DNA of 64,000 nt from the human T2T-CHM13v2.0 reference genome, Homo sapiens. This document shows, piece after piece, positions 55,011 to 64,000 of this stretch (the first letter of the stretch is position 1; each line of letters begins with the position of its first letter). The notes beneath the pieces were generated by a model. It saw only the letters and a program-made list of their open reading frames with translations. It was not told the origin of the DNA and did not search any database. A program made the translations under genes and the position numbers. Location: NCBI RefSeq assembly GCF_009914755.1, contig NC_060930.1, one strand, 5' to 3'.

Positions 55011-55632
55011 TGTCTGAGTTACCACCATCCCTCAGTTGAAATACTGCAATTGCCTCCTAACTCATCTCTTGAACCAACTTTTCCTCTTTTCCAATCTATT
55101 CCGTTTGCTGTAGCCAAAACGAACTTTTTAAAATTCAGTTTTGATTGTCATACTATCACTTAAAATCCTTCAATGACCTCCTGTTACTATTAGGATAGAA
55201 TAAATTCTTAATATGTCTAAATGTTGTGGCCCCTACTAACTGACCGACTTCATCTTGTGTCTATCTTTCCCTTCTTCCCTTTGCTGTGGCCACACTGACC
55301 TTCCTTCAGTTCCTAAAATGTGCTCGTCTCTCCTGCATGAAATACTCTTTTCCTACCTCAATACCAGTTAACTACATTTCTTCCTTTATATCTCAGTTCA
55401 TACTATCAATGAGCCAGGTCCTGACACATTCACATAAAACCTTGTAATTTTTTTTTTATCTAAGACTTACCACATTTTGGAATTATATATGGATTTGTGT
55501 TAATAGTTTTTATAATGTTTTTTCTCATCCATTGGAGTTCTTTAAAACAATTATAAAACTGTTTGGGCAGGCATATAATTGGCACTCAACAGATATTTTT
55601 CAAATGAATTAATACATTCATAAGTGAATAAA
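55011..55632 (+). mobile_element. L2 3' portion
   Basis: actgcaattgcctcctaact...cttaaaatccttcaatg...ggcactcaacagatattttt...tgaat. Confidence 0.8.
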
Positions 55633-57447
55633 AATGACTTTGGATTAGCTAATTTATATTTGATCATTTGGTAAATTACTTTTTAGAATTCAGAAAAAGG
55701 ACATTTCTTTTACACCTATAAAATAAACTGAGTTTTGCTCATATACAATATTGTTTTATTATACTCCAATGATATAACATTTCCCCTGGTATTATATTGT
55801 AATTGCATTTCTCCTTCTGAAGTCAATTTTCTTTTGCTCAATAAATGAAGATGATTCAAACAGCAGAGGGGTAATTACCTAATTGACATTTTTTGGATTA
55901 ACCAATTAAGAAAAAACAAAACTTGGAAATGGCAACTATAAAGATCAATATGTCACCATTCAGTGTACCAAGGAAAGAGAAAAATATGTCATACTTTACT
56001 TTAAATGTCACAGCTTTATTGCACTTGCTAATTAAATGATGCTTTTCCATCCCAGCCACATTGAAAATGATTTAGAATTTTAGGAGTGATATTTAATTGT
56101 TCCCTCAAGAATGATTTTCTACCATGTGACTGTGCACCATGTAACTAATGAGGCTTGGATATGGCTTAAGAAAGGATGCGCTAATGTGTCAGCCTACAGC
56201 CCTCAAGTGGTGATGTGCTATCAGTGCTCAATATTCGTTCCAGAACTCAGGACTGAACAACTGATTGAACTGTGGGATGGAGTCTAGCGTGAGAAATTTC
56301 TACATCCTATTTTCCAGTTATACTGCTGTGGCCCTCTGGGATTGTCTACTGCATGTAGACAATCACAGTTATCTAGCCTTTCAATATCTATGAACCACCT
56401 CAGAGAAATAGATTAGATAAACACTAACTTTTTTTTTTTTAGCTCGAATAGTCTATAATTCTAAATGGAAGAAGTGGGGAGTTACAGATAGGTGGAGGAA
56501 GGCTTATGAGTTAGAGAGTAAAATTATACTTGTTACAAGACACAGTTTTGTCAGGCGGCTGGCCAGTAGGGCCATGATTTATGATACAATTGAATGTTTG
56601 CCAACATGGGGGTCCTGGTCTCCTAGGATTCTATAGAATTATTAGAGGAGTCCACAAAGCCATGTGTCTGTGTCTAAATACTGTCACATTAATGCTACCA
56701 TTATCTAAATGTACATAGATTATTTTATAAAAAATAATTTATTTAAAGTATTTAATTCACAAAAATGCTTTTTTGTTACATATATTCTGAATCAATGGAT
56801 TATCTAAAAACTGTAGGTTTTTTCAACTTGAGGGGTTATTTTGGCATAAAACCTCAATAAATATAGTTGTAACTTTTATACCTCAGGATGTGCCATATTT
56901 TTTAGTATTACCCATACAGAGTGTTTCTGACAACCCTCAGATTCTATTAATCTATCCTGGGTGCTGCCCATCACCTCTCGTCTGCTGCTCTGGTCTCTCT
57001 GCTCTCTTCCAAAGAGAGACTTCTGCTGTCTTCCAAAGCTTCTTGAGCCTGCTACAGTTCTCTCTGGTCCACGTCCTCCTGGGATTGTTCTCAGCAATTT
57101 TACTTTACTGTCCAAAGCAAAGACGTCACTAGGATGATTATGGTGCATAGTAAACTTTACCAAGCCCTGAGGATAACATGAGAGAATTATAGTGCAGAAA
57201 TGGGAAACCTGGAATTGGTTATTCAACATCATTACTAGAGTTCATTGGTTGGGCCCATTCACAAGGGTCCCCGGTTGATTGGCCCTTTCCTTACTTTGTA
57301 ACCTGTTTCAGGTGTCTGCTCATCTCCCACAGGCAAGGTTGATTTAATTATGTGCTGCCTCCCTGGAATCGAGTCAATAATTCTCTCTGCACATAAATCA
57401 GTACACATTATGATTATTAAAATTTGGCAGTTATGGAATTCAGAGCC

Positions 57448-57846
57448 TGTATTGGGCTGTTCTTACATTGCTATAAATACCTGAGAATGGATAATTTATT
57501 AAAAAGATTTAATTGGCTCATGGTTCTACAGACTGTACAGGAAGCATGGTGCTGGCATCTACTTGGCTTCTAAAGAGGCCTCAGGAATCTTCCAATCATG
57601 GTAGAAGGCAAAGGGGGAACAGTCATGTCACATGGCAAAAGGAGGAGCAAGTGAGAGAGTTGGAGGGGTAGGTGCCACACTCCTAAATTACCAGATCTTG
57701 AGGGAATTCACTATTAGGAAGAGAGTACCAAGCCATAAGGAATTCACCCCCCATGATCCAAACACCTTCCACCAGGCCCTGCTTCTAGCATTGAGGATTA
57801 CAATTCAGCAGAGATTTGGGTGGGGACAAATATCCAAATTACATCA
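57448..57846 (-). mobile_element. MSTA-like MaLR solo LTR
   Basis: tgtatt...cattgctataaatacctgag...tttaattggctcatggttct...ggacaaatatccaaattacatca. Confidence 0.92.
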
Positions 57847-58112
57847 GACATCAATGAGTACAACTTTGAAATCACATCAATAAGGAACTTTTATCATTCA
57901 GAATATTATTGTTCCAAAGTGGAGTTCTCATTTAACCAAGTCTCCTCTACCCCAACAATCTACTCCCAAGCAAGATGGCTTTACCAATGTAGTAAATCAG
58001 TTTTTTCGTAAAGCCTTAAAAGAACACAGACTGACTTCTAAGCAAGACTCAAGGGCAAGAAATGTACATGTCTTTCCCTAATAGACCTTACAATCAGAAA
58101 CTTTCCCCTAAA

Positions 58113-58660
58113 CTAACAATAAGGCTATGATATGATCCAGCCATCACACTTCTGGATATTTATTCCAAAGAATTTAAATCAGGATATTAAAGAGATATTA
58201 GCACTCCCATGTTCATTACAGCACTATTCACAGCAGTCAAAATGTGAAAACACTTAATTGTTCACCAATAGGTGATTGGAAAAAGAAAATGTGGTATATT
58301 TATACCTTCAAAAAGAAGACAATTCTATTAAGTATGACAACGTGGATAAACTTTGAGGTGAAATAAGCCAGTCACAGAAAGACAAATGCTGCATGAGCTC
58401 ACTTACATGAAGCACTTTAAATAATCAGATTTGTAGAAGCCAAGAGTGGAATGATGGTGGTTGCCAGGAGATTGCAGAACAAGGAAATGGGGAGTTACTA
58501 ATCAATAGGCATAAAGTTTCAGTAAACCAAAATGAGTAAGCTCTACAGATCTGCTGTACAACATTGTACCTTAGTCAACAATACAGTATTCTACACTTAA
58601 AAATTTGTTAAGCACCTAGATCTCATGTTAAGTGTTATTTTTATCACAATAAAATAAAAA
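58113..58660 (+). mobile_element. L1MA-type 3' end
   Basis: atatgatccagc...atgttcattacagcactattcac...tagatctcatgttaagtgtt; TSD core actttcccctaa. Confidence 0.9.
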
Positions 58661-58711
58661 TTGGGAGGAAAAAAACACTTTCCCCTAAGCACAATAAAGA
58701 CCTAGCCCTCA

Positions 58712-58753
58712 ATCTACCTTTCTCTTTCACATCTACCTTTCTCTTTCACATCT
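58712..58753. repeat. 19-bp perfect tandem duplication
   Basis: atctacctttctctttcac x2 plus atct. Confidence 0.93.
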
Positions 58754-60780
58754 CCCCCAAACAGAGGCTGGGCCTTTTACCTTTACAAATCACACCACCA
58801 TGTCCACTAGTAATCTGATGTTAGAAACTGATGTTTATTCTTGAAAAAAAATATAGAAACCACCATTATCTTATAAGTTTGCCCTAGAAGTCCAGTGACA
58901 TGAGCTTTAGACTGGATTTTCAAATTAATCAGATGATTAGTCATACCAGCAATCTGGTCTCCTATATACATCTTTGAAAATAGACCGGCTTTTTTGTTTT
59001 TAGTTTTGTTTTGTTTATTAATGAGCTGATGATTAAAATTCCTTCTAGCTCCAAAATTCTCAGATATCTACAAATTACACATTGATTGTCACTTGTTTTG
59101 TTTTCCTCTTGACTGCCTTTAATAGCATTGATTAATTTGGCTTTGCATCAATTCTCTTAAGTTGTAAAATAAGAAAAATAAACTGGATAAGGTATGCTTT
59201 GGTCAAGGTCAGATACACATGTGAGTCTCTTATGTAAAATTTACATTGCAATCTTAAAAATTAGTCTATTGAAACATTTCTATAAATTTTTTAAATTGAG
59301 AAAACACATTTATTAATTTTCTTCCAGCTGCTAAACTTCTCAGATTATTGAAAATGTGTTATGAAAAGTTAGTCACTTGCCCCCGGTCATAGACAGTGAT
59401 AGAATTAGGAACTGGATCCTATCACTATCTTTAATTTAAGAAATGAGATCATCATGAATTAAAGGGGGAGATTGTGCCAAAGTGTAGGTAATACCAAAAA
59501 GCTGCAGTTTTAAAAAGACTAAAAATTCTATTGGCATTTATAATTACTACAGTGTATATAAGCAATAGAGATAAGAATGACCCAATTTGTATTTCCCAGA
59601 TAAATCTCAAGGCAAGTTTTAAAAAGGATTAAAAGAAAGAGAAGAATCTTAGGTTCAAATGAGTTTACATCATGCATAAACACAGCAGCAAAATGCCCAT
59701 TCTATTTGGCCTCAGTTGGACAACTGCCTATAAAAAAAGAAATACTCAAGGAAAATTTCTGCTGTAACTGGGCTAGCTTTTTAAAATTAATTAATTAATT
59801 AGTTTTTATTGGCTTTTTATTTTTAATTTTTGTGGGTACATAGTAGGTGTATATATTTATGGAGAACATGAGATATTTTGATACAGGCATGCATCAGGGT
59901 AAATGGGGCATCCATTACCTCAAACATTTATCCTTTGTGTTAAAAACAATCTGATTACACTCTTTTAGTTTAGAATATAAAATTAAATTATTATTGACTA
60001 TAGTCATCCTGTTGTGCTATCAAATACTAGGTCTTATTCTTTCTATATTTTTTTGTACGCATTAACCATCCTTTACTACCATCCCACCACTAACCCATGA
60101 TCCCCTTCCCAGCCTCTGATAACCATCCATCTGCTCTCTGTCTCCGTGAATTCAATTGTTTTAATTTTAGCTCCCACAAATAACTGAGAACATGCAAAGT
60201 TTGTCTTTCTGTGCCTGGCTTATTTCAATTAACATAATGTCTTCCAATTCCATCCACGTTGTTGCAAACGACAGTATCTCATTCTTTTTATGGCTGAATA
60301 GTACTCCATTGTGTATAGGTATCACATTTTCTTTATCCATTCATCTTCTGATGAACACTTAAGTTGTTCCAAATCCTAGCTATTGTGAATAATGCTGCAG
60401 TCAACATGGAAGTGCAGACCTCTTTGATATATTGATTTCCTTTCTTTGAAGTATGTACATTGCAGTAGGATTGCTAGATCATATGGTAGCTCTGTTTTAA
60501 TTTTTTGAGGAAACTTCAAAGTGTTCTCCACAGTGATTGTACAAATTTACATTCCCACCAACAGTATATGAGGGTTCCCTTTTCTTCTCATCCTCACCAG
60601 CATTTGTTATTGTCTCTCTTTTTAATAATAGCTATTTTAACTGGAGTAGGATGGTATCTCATTGGTTTCTATTTGCATTTCTCTGATAGACGAATGATAT
60701 GGAGCACCATTTCTTATACCTGTTTGCCATTTGTATGTCTTCTTTTGAGAAATATTTTTTTTCAAATCTTTTGCCCATTT

Positions 60781-61079
60781 ATATATATATATATTTTTTA
60801 TTTTTCGAGAAAGGATCTCACTCTTTCATCCAGGCCTGAGTGCAGTGGCATGATCATGGCTCGCTGCAGCCTTAACTTCCTAGGCTCAAGCAGTCCCCCA
60901 ACCTCGCCTCCCAAAGAGCTGGGGCAACAGGCAGGTGTCACCATGTCCAGATAACTTCTTTAATTTCTGTAAAGATGGAGTCCCAGTAGATTGTCTTTTG
61001 AACTCCTGTGCAGAAGTGATTCTCCTGCCTCAGCCTCCCAAAGTGCTGGGATTACAGGTGTGAGGCACCACATCCAGCC
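60781..61079 (-). mobile_element. AluJ inserted in L1
   Basis: gatcatggctcgctgcagccttaacttcctaggctcaagc; TSD ttttgcccattt. Confidence 0.92.
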
Positions 61080-63057
61080 TTTTTTGCCCATTTTTAATCT
61101 AATTATTAATTTTTTCCTATAAAGTTGTTTGAGATCCTTATATATTTTAATTATTAATCTCTTGTCACATTGGTACTTTGTAAATATTTTATCCCTTCCC
61201 ATGAGTTCTCTCTTCACCTTGTTGATTGTTTCCTTTCCTGTGAAGAAGCTTTTTAACCTGATGTGATCCCATCTGTCCATTTTTGCTTTGGGTGCCTGTG
61301 CTTGTGAGTTATTACTCAAGAAATCTTTGCCCATTTCAGTATCCTGGAGAGTTTTCTCAATGTTTTCCTTTAGTAGTTTCATAGTTTGAAGTCTTAAATT
61401 TAAGTCTTTAATTCATTTTGGTTTGATTTTTGTGTATGGCAAGAGACAGGGGTCTAGTTTCACTCTTCTGCATATGGATATCCAGTTTTCCTAGTACCAT
61501 TTATTGAAGAGACTATCTTTTCCTTAGTATATGTTCTTGGCACCTTTGTTGAAAATGAGTTTACTGTAGATGTATAGATTTGTTTCTGGGTACTTTATTC
61601 TATTCCATTGGTCTATATGTCTGTTTTTATGCTAGTAGCCTGCTGTTTTGCTTACTGTAGCTCTGTAGTATAATTTGAAGTCAGGTCATGTGATTCCTCT
61701 TGTTTTGCTATTTTTGCTTAGGATAGCTTTGGCTATTATTCTGGTCTTTTGTGGTTCCGTATAAATTTTAGGATAGTTTTTTCTATTTCTGTGAAGAATG
61801 TCATTGATATTTTCATAGGGACTGTATTTAATCTGTAGATTGCTTTGGGTAATATGGACGTTTTAACATTATTGATTCTTCCAATCCATGAACATGGAAT
61901 ATCTTATCATTTTTTGTGTCCTCTTTAATTTCTTTTGTCAGGGTTTTAGTTTTTATTGTAGAGATATTTCACTTCTTTGGTTAATTCCTAGATATTTTAA
62001 TTTTAGCTATGGTAAATGAAATTACTTTTTTGATTTCTTTTTCAGATTATTAAATCTTGGCATAAAGAAATGCTACTGATTTTTGAATGTTGATTTTGCA
62101 TCCTGATATTCTACTGAGTTTATCAGTTCTAATACTTTTTGGTGGAGTCTTTAGATTTTTCTAAATATAAGATCATATCATCTGCACACAAGAGTAATTT
62201 GACTTCTTTCTTTCCAATTTGGTTGTCCTTTTTTTTTTAAATTTTATTTAATGGCTCTAGCTAGGACTTCCAGTACTATGTTGAATAACAGTAGTGAAAG
62301 TTGATATCCTTATTATATTCCAGATCTTAGAGGAAAGGCTTTCAGTTTTTCCCCATTCAGTGTAATGCTAGCTGTGGGTGTGTTACATATGGCTTTTCTT
62401 ATGTTGAGGTATGTTTCTTTTGTATCTGTTTTTCGAGGGTTTTTATCATGAAAGGATGTTGAATTTTATCAAATGCTTTTTCAGCATCAATTGAAATGAT
62501 CATATGTTTTTTTGTCCTTCATTCTGTTAATATAATGTATCACACTGATTGATTTGTGTATGTTGAACCATACTCTTATCCCAGGGATAAATCCCAGTTG
62601 GTCATGATGAATGAAACTTTTAGTGAAGAGTTGAATTGTTTTGCTGGTGTTTTGTTGAAGATTTTTGGATTGATATTCTTCAGGGATATTGGTGTCTATT
62701 TTTCTCTTTCGGATGTGTCTTTGTCTGGTTTTGGAATCAGGGTAATATTGGCATTATGGGATGAATTTGACAGTATTCTTTTCTTCTGTTTTTTTTTGGA
62801 ATACTTTGAGTAGGACTGGTATTAGTTCTTCTTTAAATGTTTGGTAGAATTTAGCAGTGAAGCCATTGGGTCTCAGGCTTTACTTTACTGGGAGACTTTT
62901 TATTATGGCTTCAGTCTTGTTACTTGTTATTGGTCTGTTCAGGTTTTGTATTTCTTCATGGTTCAATCTTGATAGATTGTATGATAGATTGCATGTCTAG
63001 AAATTTATCCATTTCTTCTAGATTTTCCAATTTATTCCATATAGTTACTTATAGTAG

Positions 63058-63369
<312 letters not shown>

Positions 63370-64000
63370 GATCCTTTCAATTTCTCTGGTATTGGTTGTA
63401 ACATCTCCTTTTTCATCTCTAATTCTATTTATTTGGGTCTTCTCTCTTTTTTTCTTAGTCTGGCTAAAGGTTTGTCAATTTTGGTTATTTTTCTAAAAAC
63501 CGAATTTTCGTTTTATTGATCCTTTGTGTTATTTCTTCATTTCAATTCCATTTACTTCTGCTCTGATGTTTATTTCTTTTCTTCTACTAATTTTGGGTTC
63601 AGTTTTCTCTTGCTTTTCTAGTTCTTTAATATGCATCATTGAGTTGATCACTTGAAATTTTATTCTTTTTTGATGTAGGTGCTTATTGCTATTAACTTCC
63701 CTCTTAGTACTGCTTTTGTGAATTCCACAGGTTTTGGTATGTTGTGTTTCCATTATCATTTGTTTCAAGAAATTTTTCAATTTCCTTCTTAATTTCTCCA
63801 TTGATCTACTGGTCATTTAGGAGCATATTGTTTAATTTCCATGTGTTTGTATAGGTTCCAAAATTCCTCCTGATTTCTAGTTTTATTCCATGGTAGTCAG
63901 AGAAGATGCTTGATATTATTTCAATTTTTAAAATGTTTTAAGACTTGTTCTGTGGTCTAACATATGGTCTATTCTTGAGAATGTGCAGTATGTTGAGGAG

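Noticed and set aside
55288-55300. One-mismatch ERE GGCCAcacTGACC
   Set aside because: Inside an L2; within chance expectation and no supporting motif cluster.

Overview
Human (primate) euchromatic DNA, AT-rich and dominated by interspersed repeats (Alu, L1, L2, MIR, MaLR/ERVL/ERV1 LTRs, hAT elements). I find no intact protein-coding exon: the ORF track is Alu-, L1- or ERV-derived or chance. Two short + strand exons with strong splice signals (7585-7669, 85 nt; 49394-49460, 67 nt) match my recollection of consecutive 5'-UTR exons of PKIB (cAMP-dependent protein kinase inhibitor beta), so the window is most likely PKIB 5'-UTR introns. That assignment is from memory and needs BLAT. The largest structure is an internally deleted and rearranged ERVL provirus with two MLT2 LTRs (~21.3-26.9 kb, minus strand). 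I see no new multi-gene system. The best leads are small: a perfect U12-type donor overlapping the U2 donor of the 67-nt exon, a pri-miRNA-shaped hairpin at 33.8 kb, a tailless tRNA-Gly 5'-half retrocopy with TSDs, a pol segment duplicated into gag in the ERVL, a MER1A with intact TSD but no right TIR, a candidate 17-nt microexon and an NQO1-type ARE cluster. Repeat subfamily names are recognised by eye and boundaries of old repeats are approximate.
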